A stretch of DNA of 42,690 nt, from the NCBI GenBank assembly GCA_902795635.1, contig CADBMC010000008.1, forward strand, positions 1 to 42,690. Direction: 5' to 3'. Origin of the DNA: an uncultured Coriobacteriaceae bacterium. GTDB taxonomy: Bacteria > Actinomycetota > Coriobacteriia > Coriobacteriales > Atopobiaceae. The stretch's first letter is position 1; each line of letters opens with the position of its first letter. The notes beneath the pieces were generated by a model. That model saw only the letters and a program-made list of their open reading frames with translations. It had not been told where the DNA came from and ran no database searches. This document shows positions 34,503 to 42,690 of this stretch, piece after piece. The translations under genes and the position numbers were made by a program.

Positions 34503-36298
34503 GCAAGCATGCCGTCCTCTATGCCTGCAAGTACACGCCGGTCGAGCTCCTGGCGGGATTCGGGGCAAGCTGCGAGCTCGCCGAGCTCGACGCGGCGAGC
34601 TTCCCGGATGCCGAGCGGCTCGGCCATGCCAACCTGTGCGGCTACGGCAAGATGCTCCTGGAGCGCCTGCTCGCGGACGACGTGCACGAGGTCGTGCTCG
34701 TGAGCTGCTGCGACGTGGTGAAGCGCGTCTACGACGTGCTCGCCGAGGAGGGCGGGCTCGATTTCCTGTACCTGCTCGACCTCCCGCACCTGCGCGGGCC
34801 CGAGGAGGTGGCCCTCTTCAGGGAGCGCCTGGCGGCGCTCGCCGATGCCTACGCCGCCTACACCGGCTCGCAGTTCGACGCGGGGGCGGCGCTCGCCGCG
34901 TTCGAGCCTCGCGTGACGCGCACCGACGAGCGGGTCACGCTGCTCGGGGCGCACGCGACGGCGTCGCTGCTCGACGCCGTGGGGGTCATGGGGATGCCCG
35001 TGGAGAACCTCACCTGCACCGGCCCCCGCACGCTCGCGGCGCCGCCCACGGACCTCGCCCGCATCGAGGGCGACGGCACCTGCACGCTGTGCGAGGCCTC
35101 CGAGCGCGATGGCAGGCCCGTGCTCGATCGCTTCCTGGACTGGTACGCGGAGGCGCTCCTGGACCAGATGCCCTGCATGAGGATGGACCACGTGACCGAG
35201 AGGAGCCAGGCCGTGGGCGGCCCGGGGCAGCTCGGCATCATCTACCACACCATGAGGTTCTGCGACTACTACGGCTTCGAGCACGCCGGGCTCCGCGAGC
35301 TCGACCGGCTGCCGCAGACCCGCATCGAGACGGACGGCACGTCGCAGAGCGCAGGGCAGCTGCGGACGCGCCTCGAGGCGTTCGCGGAGACGCTCGCGGC
35401 TCGGCGCGCGACAGGCATGCTCGACGCGAGCCAGGGAGGGGCTTTCATGCCAGGTATGGGAAAGGCGCAGAAGGCGAACAGGGCGGCGGCACGCACGGGC
35501 GACTATGTGCTCGGCGTGGACTCCGGCTCCACCTCCACCGACGCCGTCGTGGTGAACGCGAGCGGCGCCATGGTGGGCACGGCCATCGTGGCCACGGGCG
35601 TGCGCGCCTCCGAGGCCGCGCGGCGTGCCGAGGCCGAGGCGCTCGACGCCGCGGGCATTGGCCCGGACGATGTCTCCCTGCGCGTTTCCACCGGCTACGG
35701 CCGCGACAGCATCGAGGGCATGGACGTCTCGATAACCGAGATAACCTGCCACGCCGCGGGCGCGCATGCGCTCGCGCCCGATGCCAGGTCCGTCATCGAC
35801 ATCGGCGGCCAGGACTCCAAGGTGATCCACCTCGACGAGGACGGCTCCGTCCTGAGCTTCGTCATGAACGACAAATGCGCCGCGGGCACCGGGCGCTTCC
35901 TGGAGACGATGGCGCGCACCATGGAGATGCCCATTGACCGGTTCTGCCAGACGGGCCTCGGATGGCGCCACGAGGTGTCCATCTCGAGCGTGTGCACCGT
36001 CTTCGCCGAGAGCGAGGTCGTCTCCCTCGTGGCCAAAGACACGCCCGCGGCCGACATCATCCACGGCCTGAACGTCTCCGTGGCCACGAAGACGGCCACG
36101 CTCGCCCGACGCGTGGGCGCCGAGCCGCCCTATCTCATGACCGGCGGCGTGGCCAGGAACGCCGGCGTCGTGTCCGCGCTCTCCGACGCGCTCGGCGAGC
36201 CCGTCGCCACGCACAAGGACTCGCAGCTCTGCGGCGCGCTCGGCGCCGCGCTGCTCGGCCTCAGCCGTCTGCGATCTACACGCGCAGCCGCTCGATGA
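34499..36298 (+). CDS. Fusion protein: 2-hydroxyacyl-CoA dehydratase-family component (N-terminal, about 316 aa) joined to a BcrAD/BadFG-type ATPase activator (HgdC-like, C-terminal, about 283 aa)
   Basis: GTG start at 34499 (GTGA overlap with the upstream stop), 599 aa. The N-terminus is VSKHAVLYACKYTPVELLAGFG, with VSCCDVVKR and TMRFCDYY. The C-terminal part has ASKHA ATPase motifs (LGVDSGSTSTDAVV, IDIGGQDSKVI) and the two cluster-bridging Cys motifs NDKCAAGTGRFLE and SSVCTVFAESEV. There is no stop between the domains. Confidence 0.8.
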   Translation: MSKHAVLYACKYTPVELLAGFGASCELAELDAASFPDAERLGHANLCGYGKMLLERLLADDVHEVVLVSCCDVVKRVYDVLAEEGGLDFLYLLDLPHLRGPEEVALFRERLAALADAYAAYTGSQFDAGAALAAFEPRVTRTDERVTLLGAHATASLLDAVGVMGMPVENLTCTGPRTLAAPPTDLARIEGDGTCTLCEASERDGRPVLDRFLDWYAEALLDQMPCMRMDHVTERSQAVGGPGQLGIIYHTMRFCDYYGFEHAGLRELDRLPQTRIETDGTSQSAGQLRTRLEAFAETLAARRATGMLDASQGGAFMPGMGKAQKANRAAARTGDYVLGVDSGSTSTDAVVVNASGAMVGTAIVATGVRASEAARRAEAEALDAAGIGPDDVSLRVSTGYGRDSIEGMDVSITEITCHAAGAHALAPDARSVIDIGGQDSKVIHLDEDGSVLSFVMNDKCAAGTGRFLETMARTMEMPIDRFCQTGLGWRHEVSISSVCTVFAESEVVSLVAKDTPAADIIHGLNVSVATKTATLARRVGAEPPYLMTGGVARNAGVVSALSDALGEPVATHKDSQLCGALGAALLGLSRLRSTRAAAR

Positions 36299-37424
36299 CC
36301 TTGTCCGCCATGGCGGAGGTGCCGAGCACATTCTCTGCGGGCGTCGTCTCGTCGGCGATGTCGACGGTGCGCCAGCCGTCGTCCAGCACGTCCTCGACCG
36401 CGGCCTCCACCGCGTCCGCGGCGTCGGGCATCCCGAGCGCCTGGCGCAGCATGAGCGAGACGGAGAGCAGCTGGGCGAGCGGGTTCGCGATGCCCTTGCC
36501 AGCGATGTCGGGCGCCGAGCCGTGTGCGGGCTCGAAGAGCGACGTCCCCTCGCCCAGCGAGGCCGAGGCGAGCATGCCGAGCGACCCGGTGAGCTCGCTC
36601 GCCTCGTCGGAGAGGATGTCGCCGAAGGTGTTCTCGGTGGCTATGACGTCGAACTGCGCAGGGTTCGCGACGAGCTGCATGGCGCAGTTGTCCACGAACA
36701 TGTCGGTGAGCTCGACCGTCGGGTGGTCGGCGGCGAGCTCGTGGGCGATGGCGCGCCAGAGCTTCGATGTCCCGAGCACGTTGGCCTTGTCCACCGAGCA
36801 GAGCCTCTTGCGGGCTCGCGTCTCAGCGATCTCGAACGCGCGCTCGAGCACGCGGCGGATCTCGTGCTCGGAGTAGGCGCAGCCATCCATGCGCCAGCGG
36901 CCGGGCGCCCCGTCCTCTCCTGCGCCCGGGCGCGCCTCCTCCACCTCGCGCGGCCCGAAGTACAGGCCGCCGGTGAGCTCGCGCACGATCATGATGTCCA
37001 CGCCATTCAGCACCTCACGCTTGAGGGAGGACGCGCCGCGCAGGGCGTTGAAGACGTGCACGGGGCGCAGGTTCAGGTACAGGCCGAGCCCCTTGCGGAT
37101 GCCGAGCAGCCCCTGCTCGGGCCGGGCGGCGGCGGGGTCGTTCGTGTCCCACTTGGGCCCGCCCACGGCGGCCAGCAGCACCGCGTCCGCGGCGCGGGCG
37201 GCCTCGAGCGTCTCCTCGGGAAGCGCGGTGGGCGCCACGCCCGCCTCGCGGGTCGCGTCGATGGCCGCGCCGCCGATGAGATGGTCCTCGCAGACGAGCT
37301 CCACGCCCCAGATCTCGCCGATCGTGGCCATGACGCGCTTGGCCTCGGCCATGATCTCGGGGCCGATGCCGTCTCCCGGAAGCGTGCAGATGCGATACGT
37401 CGTCCTCGCGTTCGTCGTCGCCAT
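36276..37424 (-). CDS. leuB: 3-isopropylmalate dehydrogenase
   Basis: Internal start MATTNARTTYRICTLPGDGIGPEI (382 aa). Contains LLAAVGGPKWD, NLRPV, IVRELTGGLYFG, NTFGDILSDEAS and GSAPDIAGKGIANP. Confidence 0.93.
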   Translation of the reverse strand: MATTNARTTYRICTLPGDGIGPEIMAEAKRVMATIGEIWGVELVCEDHLIGGAAIDATREAGVAPTALPEETLEAARAADAVLLAAVGGPKWDTNDPAAARPEQGLLGIRKGLGLYLNLRPVHVFNALRGASSLKREVLNGVDIMIVRELTGGLYFGPREVEEARPGAGEDGAPGRWRMDGCAYSEHEIRRVLERAFEIAETRARKRLCSVDKANVLGTSKLWRAIAHELAADHPTVELTDMFVDNCAMQLVANPAQFDVIATENTFGDILSDEASELTGSLGMLASASLGEGTSLFEPAHGSAPDIAGKGIANPLAQLLSVSLMLRQALGMPDAADAVEAAVEDVLDDGWRTVDIADETTPAENVLGTSAMADKVIERLRV

Positions 37425-37426
37425 GG

Positions 37427-37936
37427 CTACCCCCTCGCGCCGCGCTCGGCCATGACGCGCTTCGTGCGCGCCACCAGCCCGCCGTCGTTGATGATCTCCT
37501 GGATGAACGGCGGGAAGGGCTGCGCGTGGAACACGGCCCCGGTCGTCTCGTCCGTGATGGTGCCCGTGTCGGCGTCCACGGACACGCGGTCGCCGTCGTG
37601 GATGCCGTCCGCCGCCTCGGGGCATTCGAGGATCGGCAGGCCCATGTTGATGGAGTTGCGATAGAAGATGCGCGCGAAGCTCTTGGCGATCACGCACGAC
37701 ACGCCCGCGGCCTTGAGGGCCACCGGCGCATGCTCGCGGCTCGAGCCGCAGCCGAAGTTCTCGTCGGCCACGACGATGTCTCCGGGGCTCACCCGGGAGC
37801 GGAACGTGGGGTCGAGGTCCTCCATCACATGCTTCGCCAGCTCGGCGGGGTCGGAGGTGTTGAGGTAGCGGGCGGGGATGATGACGTCCGTGTCGATGTC
37901 GCGCCCGTAGCGGAAGACGTGTCCTTCGAATTGCAT
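37427..37936 (-). CDS. leuD: 3-isopropylmalate dehydratase small subunit (short, type 2)
   Basis: 169 aa. Reads [13 protein letters not shown]...[28 protein letters not shown]...SFARIFYRN. Confidence 0.92.
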   Translation of the reverse strand: MQFEGHVFRYGRDIDTDVIIPARYLNTSDPAELAKHVMEDLDPTFRSRVSPGDIVVADENFGCGSSREHAPVALKAAGVSCVIAKSFARIFYRNSINMGLPILECPEAADGIHDGDRVSVDADTGTITDETTGAVFHAQPFPPFIQEIINDGGLVARTKRVMAERGARG

Positions 37937-37984
37937 GGGATTGCTCCTCTCTGGGTCGTGGGTCGAGTTGCTTGCCTCGAAAGG

Positions 37985-39250
37985 TCAGTCGAGGTCCGAC
38001 GGAAGTGCGATGTGGCCTGCCACGGCGCTTGCCGCGCACACCGCCGGGCTCGCCAGGTACACCTCTGAGGTCGGGTCGCCCATGCGTCCCACGAAGTTGC
38101 GGTTGGTGGAGCTCACGCACCTCTCCCCTGCCGCGAGGATCCCCATGTAGCCGCCCAGGCAGGGGCCGCACGTGGGCGTGGAGACGACGCAGTGCGCATC
38201 CACGAACACGTCCATGAGCCCCTCGTGCACGCACTGCAGCCACACGGCCTGCGTCGCCGGGATCACGATGCAGCGCACGCCGTCGGCGACCGTCCTGCCG
38301 CGCAGCACCTCCGCCGCGGCGCGCATGTCCTCGATGCGCCCGTTCGTGCAGCTGCCGATCACGGCCTGGTCGATGGCCACCTCGCGGCTCTCGGCCACGG
38401 GGCGGGTGTTGCTCGGCAGGTGGGGCCAGGCGACGGTGGGCACGACGTCGGCCGCGTCGATGTGGATGACCTGCCTGTAGGTGGCATCGGGGTCGGGGCG
38501 GAACTCACGCGGCTCGCGCTCGGCACGACCCGCCATGTAGGCGCGGCACGTGTCATCCACCTCGAAGAGGCCTGCCTTGCCGCCGGCCTCGATGGCCATG
38601 TTCGCGATGGTGAGCCGGCCCTCCACCGAGAGGGCCTCGATGGCGGATCCCCCGAACTCGAGCGCACGGTAGAGCGCACCGTCCACGCCGATCATGCCGA
38701 TCAGGTGGAGGATGAGGTCCTTGGCGCTGGCGCCGTCGGCGAGCTCGCCGTCCACCTCCACGCGTATCGTCTCAGGCACCTTGAACCACGCGCGCCCGGT
38801 CACCATGCCCACGCCTGCGTCGGTGGAGCCCACGCCAGTGGAGAAGGCGCCCACGCCGCCGTAGGTGCAGGTGTGGGAGTCCGCGCCTATCACGAGGTCG
38901 CCAGGCACCACGATTCCCTTCTCGGGCAGCAGCGCATGCTCGATGCCCATGCAGCCCTGCTCGAAGTAGTGGGTGATCCCCTCCTCGTGCGCGAAGTCGC
39001 GCACCACCTTCGTCTGCTCGGCGCTCTTGATGTCCTTGTTGGGGCTGTAGTGGTCGGGCACGAGGCAGATCCTGTCGCGGTCGAAGACCCCTGCCCCTAT
39101 CTCGCGCACCACCTTGATGGCGATGGGCGCCGTGATGTCGTTGGCGAGCACGAGGTCCAGGTCGCATTCGATGAGCTGCCCGGGCACCACCTCGTCGAGC
39201 CCGGCGTGCGCGGCGAGGATCTTCTCCGCCATGGTCATGGGACGCGTCAT
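37985..39250 (-). CDS. leuC: 3-isopropylmalate dehydratase large subunit (type 2)
   Basis: 421 aa. Shows an aconitase-family pattern: [50 protein letters not shown] and [11 protein letters not shown]. Confidence 0.93.
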   Translation of the reverse strand: MTRPMTMAEKILAAHAGLDEVVPGQLIECDLDLVLANDITAPIAIKVVREIGAGVFDRDRICLVPDHYSPNKDIKSAEQTKVVRDFAHEEGITHYFEQGCMGIEHALLPEKGIVVPGDLVIGADSHTCTYGGVGAFSTGVGSTDAGVGMVTGRAWFKVPETIRVEVDGELADGASAKDLILHLIGMIGVDGALYRALEFGGSAIEALSVEGRLTIANMAIEAGGKAGLFEVDDTCRAYMAGRAEREPREFRPDPDATYRQVIHIDAADVVPTVAWPHLPSNTRPVAESREVAIDQAVIGSCTNGRIEDMRAAAEVLRGRTVADGVRCIVIPATQAVWLQCVHEGLMDVFVDAHCVVSTPTCGPCLGGYMGILAAGERCVSSTNRNFVGRMGDPTSEVYLASPAVCAASAVAGHIALPSDLD

Positions 39251-40533
39251 GAGTCACTCCTTGCTGCGTTCGTCGCGTTGCCGGCTGCCTTGGCGCCGGC
39301 GGCGCCTTGGGGCCCTCTTCCTGCCGAGACGAGCTGGTCCACGAGCTGCCGCGCCCCGCGGGCGGAGCGCCCGCCGCGCCGGGTGGCGAAGCGCTCGGCG
39401 GCCAGGTCGAGCTCGGCCTCGCCCATGTCCAGCTGCGCCCGTTCGGCCAGGTTGTGCACGATCTGCAGGTAGGTGTCCTTGCTCGGCTTGGAGAACGAGA
39501 CGTGGATGCCGAAGCGGTCGGACAGCGAGATGATCTCCTGCATCGTGTCATTGCGATGGATGTCGTCGCCGTCGCGGTCGGAGAAGCGCTCGCGCACCAG
39601 GTGGCGCCGGTTGCTCGTGGCATAGATCACCACGTTGCCCGACTTCGCCGAAACCGATCCCTCCAGGATCGCCTTGAGCGCGGCGAAGTCGTCGTCCTCG
39701 TGGGAGAACGACAGGTCGTCGATGAAGATGATGAACTTGAGCGGGTTCGCCGTGAGCTCGTCCAGGATCTGGGGGATGTCGTGGAGCTGCTCCTTGCGCA
39801 CCTCGAGGATGCGCAGCCCCTGCTCGGAGAGCTCGTTGGCCACGGCCTTCACCGTGGAGCTCTTGCCCGTGCCGGCGTCGCCGGTGAGCAGGATGTTGGA
39901 GGCGGGCAGCCCGGCCACGAGGGCCTTCGTGTTGTCGAGGATGATGCCGCGCTCGCGCTCGTAGCCCACCAGGTCGGACAGGCGCTGCGGGTCGGGGTAG
40001 CGCACCGGGCAGATCCTGCCGTCTCGGTCCACGTCGAAGGTGCGGTACTGCGCGTAGATGCCGTATCCGCGGCTCCCGATGGTGGCGATTCGCTCCTGGT
40101 AGGCCTCGTGCAGATGCGCCTCGCCAGCCTCGAAGCCCGGCATGCGGGCGGCAGACCCCTCGTCCGCGGCGCACAGCACGTCGGCGCTGGACAGGTCCGC
40201 CAGCTCCTCCAGGACGCCCAGCTCCCTCCCAACGCTCTCCTCCAGGCTGGGGCAGATGGGCTGGCCGGCGCCGCGGCGCACCAGGTAGCAGTTCTCGTCC
40301 TGCAGCACGGCGTCGCGCACGTAGGCGGCAAGCGTCGGCTTGCCCGAGGCGTAGAGCGCACGCACCGCCTCCACGTAGTCGGCCACGTGCCCGCCGGCGT
40401 CCTCCGTGCCCCCGAGGTAGCGGGCGAGCCCGCCCACCACCGGGTCGTCGAGCAGCGCCCGGAACACGGCGAGCGCCTCGAGCTCGCAGCCGAGCTCCTC
40501 CAGCTCCGCAGGGTTCATCTCGCTTCGCGACAT
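39247..40533 (-). CDS. DUF815-type AAA/P-loop ATPase of unknown function
   Basis: 428 aa. Has Walker [13 protein letters not shown] and Walker [10 protein letters not shown], then ATSNRRHLV and ISLSDRFG, the DUF815 (COG2607-like) pattern as I recall it. It has an ATGA overlap with leuC and a 9-nt gap after ilvD. Confidence 0.8.
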   Translation of the reverse strand: MSRSEMNPAELEELGCELEALAVFRALLDDPVVGGLARYLGGTEDAGGHVADYVEAVRALYASGKPTLAAYVRDAVLQDENCYLVRRGAGQPICPSLEESVGRELGVLEELADLSSADVLCAADEGSAARMPGFEAGEAHLHEAYQERIATIGSRGYGIYAQYRTFDVDRDGRICPVRYPDPQRLSDLVGYERERGIILDNTKALVAGLPASNILLTGDAGTGKSSTVKAVANELSEQGLRILEVRKEQLHDIPQILDELTANPLKFIIFIDDLSFSHEDDDFAALKAILEGSVSAKSGNVVIYATSNRRHLVRERFSDRDGDDIHRNDTMQEIISLSDRFGIHVSFSKPSKDTYLQIVHNLAERAQLDMGEAELDLAAERFATRRGGRSARGARQLVDQLVSAGRGPQGAAGAKAAGNATNAARSDS

Positions 40534-40542
40534 CGGCCTCTC

Positions 40543-42198
40543 CTAGCTCAGCACCGCGCCGGTGGCGCCGCTCGAGACCAGGGCCGCGTAGCGCGCGAGG
40601 TAGCCCGAGAGCTCCTTGTGCCTGGGCTCGAAGGCCGCCATGCGGCGGTCGAACTCCGCCTGGTCGATCTTGAGGTCCACGGTGTGGTTCGGGATGTCGA
40701 TGGCGATCGTGTCGCCTTCCTGCACGATCCCGATGGGGCCGCCGCTCGCCGCCTCGGGCGAGACGTGCCCCAGGCAGGCGCCGCGCGTGGCGCCCGAGAA
40801 CCTGCCGTCGGTGATGAGGGCGACGCTCTCGCCCAGCCCCATGCCCATGATGGCCGAAGTCGGGTTCAGCATCTCGCGCATGCCCGGGCCGCCCTTGGGA
40901 CCCTCGTAGCGGATCACCACGACGTCGCCGGGCTTGATCTTGCCGGCGTCGATGGCCGCCTGGGCCTCCTCCTCGCTCTCGAACACGCGGGCGGGGCCCT
41001 CGTGCACGAGCATCTCCGGCGCCACCGCCGAGCGCTTCACCACGGCGCCGTCGGGCGCGAGGTTGCCACGCAGCACCGCGATGCCGCCCGTCGGCGAGAA
41101 GGGGTCGTCTATGGGGCGGATCGTCTCGTGGTCGATCACGGGGCAGTCGGCGATGTTCTCACCCACCGTCTTGCCGGTCACGGTCATGCAGCCGAGGTCG
41201 AGGAGGCCGGCCTTGGAGAGCTCGTTCATGACGGCGTAGACGCCGCCCGCGGCGTCCAGGTCCTCCATGTAGGTGCGGCCGGCAGGAGCGAGGTGGCAGA
41301 TGTTCGGCGTCTTAGAGGAGATGTCGTTGGCGATGCCCAGGTCCAGCTCGATGCCGCACTCGTGCGCGATGGCGGGCACGTGCAGCATCGTGTTGGTGGA
41401 GCAGCCCAGCGCCATGTCCACGGTGAGGGCGTTGCGGAAGGCGGCCTCGGTCATGATGTCGCGCGGGCGGATGTCGCGGCGCAGCATCTCCATGACGGCC
41501 ATGCCGGCATGCTTGGCCAGCTCCAGGCGCGCCGAATAGACGGCAGGAATCGTGCCGTTGCCGCGCAGGCCCATGCCCAGGACCTCCGTGAGGCAGTTCA
41601 TCGAGTTCGCGGTGTACATGCCCGAGCACGACCCGCAGGTGGGGCACACGCGGCGGGCGTAGTCCTCGAGCGCCTCGGCGCTCATCTTGCCGGCGGTGTA
41701 GGCACCCTGGGCCTCGAACATCGAGGAGAGCGACGTCTTGCAGCCGTCCACGTGGCCCGCCAGCATCGGCCCGCCGGAGACGACGACGGTCGGCACGTTG
41801 ATGCGGGCCGCGGCCATGAGCAGGCCCGGGACGTTCTTGTCGCAGTTCGGCACCATCACGAGGGCGTCGAAGCCGTGCGCGAGCGCCATGCACTCGGTGG
41901 AGTCGGAGATGAGATCGCGCGTGACGAGCGAGTACTTCATCCCCTCGTGGCCCATGGCAATGCCGTCGCACACGGCGATGGCCGGGAACACCACCGGCAT
42001 GCCGCCTGCCTCGGCCACGCCCAGGCGCACGGCGTCCACGACCTTGTCGATGTTCATGTGCCCCGGGACGATCTCGTTCTGCGAGCTCACGATGCCGACG
42101 ATCGGCTTGTGCATCTCCTCCTCGGTCCATCCCAACGCATGGAACAACGATCTGTGCGCAGCGTTGTTCGCACCGAACTTGATGGCATCGCTCTTCAT
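40543..42198 (-). CDS. ilvD: Dihydroxy-acid dehydratase
   Basis: 551 aa. Contains [56 protein letters not shown] and [14 protein letters not shown]. Confidence 0.94.
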   Translation of the reverse strand: MKSDAIKFGANNAAHRSLFHALGWTEEEMHKPIVGIVSSQNEIVPGHMNIDKVVDAVRLGVAEAGGMPVVFPAIAVCDGIAMGHEGMKYSLVTRDLISDSTECMALAHGFDALVMVPNCDKNVPGLLMAAARINVPTVVVSGGPMLAGHVDGCKTSLSSMFEAQGAYTAGKMSAEALEDYARRVCPTCGSCSGMYTANSMNCLTEVLGMGLRGNGTIPAVYSARLELAKHAGMAVMEMLRRDIRPRDIMTEAAFRNALTVDMALGCSTNTMLHVPAIAHECGIELDLGIANDISSKTPNICHLAPAGRTYMEDLDAAGGVYAVMNELSKAGLLDLGCMTVTGKTVGENIADCPVIDHETIRPIDDPFSPTGGIAVLRGNLAPDGAVVKRSAVAPEMLVHEGPARVFESEEEAQAAIDAGKIKPGDVVVIRYEGPKGGPGMREMLNPTSAIMGMGLGESVALITDGRFSGATRGACLGHVSPEAASGGPIGIVQEGDTIAIDIPNHTVDLKIDQAEFDRRMAAFEPRHKELSGYLARYAALVSSGATGAVLS

Positions 42199-42288
42199 CG
42201 TCTGGCGTCCTTCCGTCTGGGTTCTCTCTCGCGCCTCATGCCGTCTGCCGTACGTGCCCTATGGGTTCCCGCGCCTTGCGCGCCTCGT

Positions 42289-42332
42289 GCCGCCCGCAGG
42301 GGCGGCCGTGCCCACGTGCCTGACACGGCCGC
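42289..42332 (-). promoter_or_regulatory. Two overlapping (mutually exclusive) GC hairpins in the ilvC-ilvD spacer
   Basis: Hairpin B pairs GCGGCCGTG (42302-42310) with CACGGCCGC (42324-42332). Hairpin A pairs GCCGCCC (42289-42295) with GGGCGGC (42300-42306). The two share 42302-42306. Function unknown. Confidence 0.4.
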
Positions 42333-42351
42333 ACGAGCGCAGCTGGCAGCG

Positions 42352-42690
42352 CTAGTTGTTGATGAGCTTGTCCGCGTCGTTCCAGCTGTACATCTTGCGG
42401 ACCTCAGCGCCCACGACCTCGCTCTGGTGCTCGGCCGCGCGACGGCGCATGGCCTGGAAGTGCACCTGGTTGCCGGCGCCCATCTCGAGCAGGAACTCCT
42501 TGGCGAAGCTGCCGTCCTGGATGTCGGAGAGGATCCTGCGCATCGTGGCGCGCGTCTCGTCGGTGATGAGCTTCGGGCCGGTGATGTAGTCGCCGTACTC
42601 GGCGGTGTTGGAGATGGAGTAGCGCATGCCGGCGAAGCCGCTCTCGTAGATGAGGTCGACGATGAGCTTCATCTCGTGGATGCACTCGAA
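42352..42690 (-). CDS. ilvC: Ketol-acid reductoisomerase (C-terminal part; gene runs off the right edge)
   Basis: The reverse-strand frame is open to the window edge: ...[41 protein letters not shown]...[17 protein letters not shown]. This is the canonical KARI knotted-domain sequence. Confidence 0.93.
   Translation of the reverse strand, partial: FECIHEMKLIVDLIYESGFAGMRYSISNTAEYGDYITGPKLITDETRATMRRILSDIQDGSFAKEFLLEMGAGNQVHFQAMRRRAAEHQSEVVGAEVRKMYSWNDADKLINN

Noticed and set aside
42195-42239. 14-codon uORF ([14 protein letters not shown]) on the minus strand whose TGA overlaps the ilvD ATG (ATGA).
   Set aside because: It has no convincing SD and contains no Leu/Ile/Val codons, as a BCAA attenuation leader peptide would. 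It also encloses the ilvD SD. It is likely a chance ORF in GC-rich sequence.

Overview
Visibly GC-rich chromosomal core segment (GC not computed). The gene set looks like a Coriobacteriia-type actinobacterium, that is a high-GC Gram-positive with Firmicutes-like housekeeping traits: T-box-controlled pheS, family II PPase, DegV, LtaS, RicT/YaaT and PcrA. This taxonomic call is inference only. I can support 35 protein-coding genes, mostly in tightly packed and often translationally coupled operons. On the minus strand these are pheS (partial), an LtaS-family gene, aminotransferase-ddl-glk, topA-tmk-holB-ricT, TPR-STAS-tatA-tatC, aspartate aminotransferase-amidohydrolase, ppaC-nhaA, pcrA, uppP and ilvC(partial)-ilvD-DUF815-leuC-leuD-leuB. 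On the plus strand they are M32 carboxypeptidase-dtd, a small acidic protein, degV, usp, a coiled-coil wall hydrolase, and an M16C peptidase followed by two 2-hydroxyacyl-CoA-dehydratase-family genes, the second fused to its ATPase activator. I found no rRNA or tRNA genes, CRISPR arrays, transposases, integrases, phage genes or recognisable defence or toxin-antitoxin modules, so this is an ordinary core region rather than an accessory island. The one clear RNA element is a T-box leader with a candidate Phe (UUC) specifier upstream of pheS. The best candidates for undescribed biology are: (1) the M16C protease / HAD-like radical enzyme / fused activase operon, which has no CoA-transferase or dehydrogenase partner; (2) a DUF815 AAA-type ATPase translationally coupled inside the ilv-leu operon; (3) a RicT/YaaT homologue with a roughly 190-aa Arg/Gly/Lys/Gln-rich tail; (4) an orphan STAS protein coupled to tatA-tatC. 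Most of the very long ORFs in the six-frame track are GC-driven shadow frames and were rejected.
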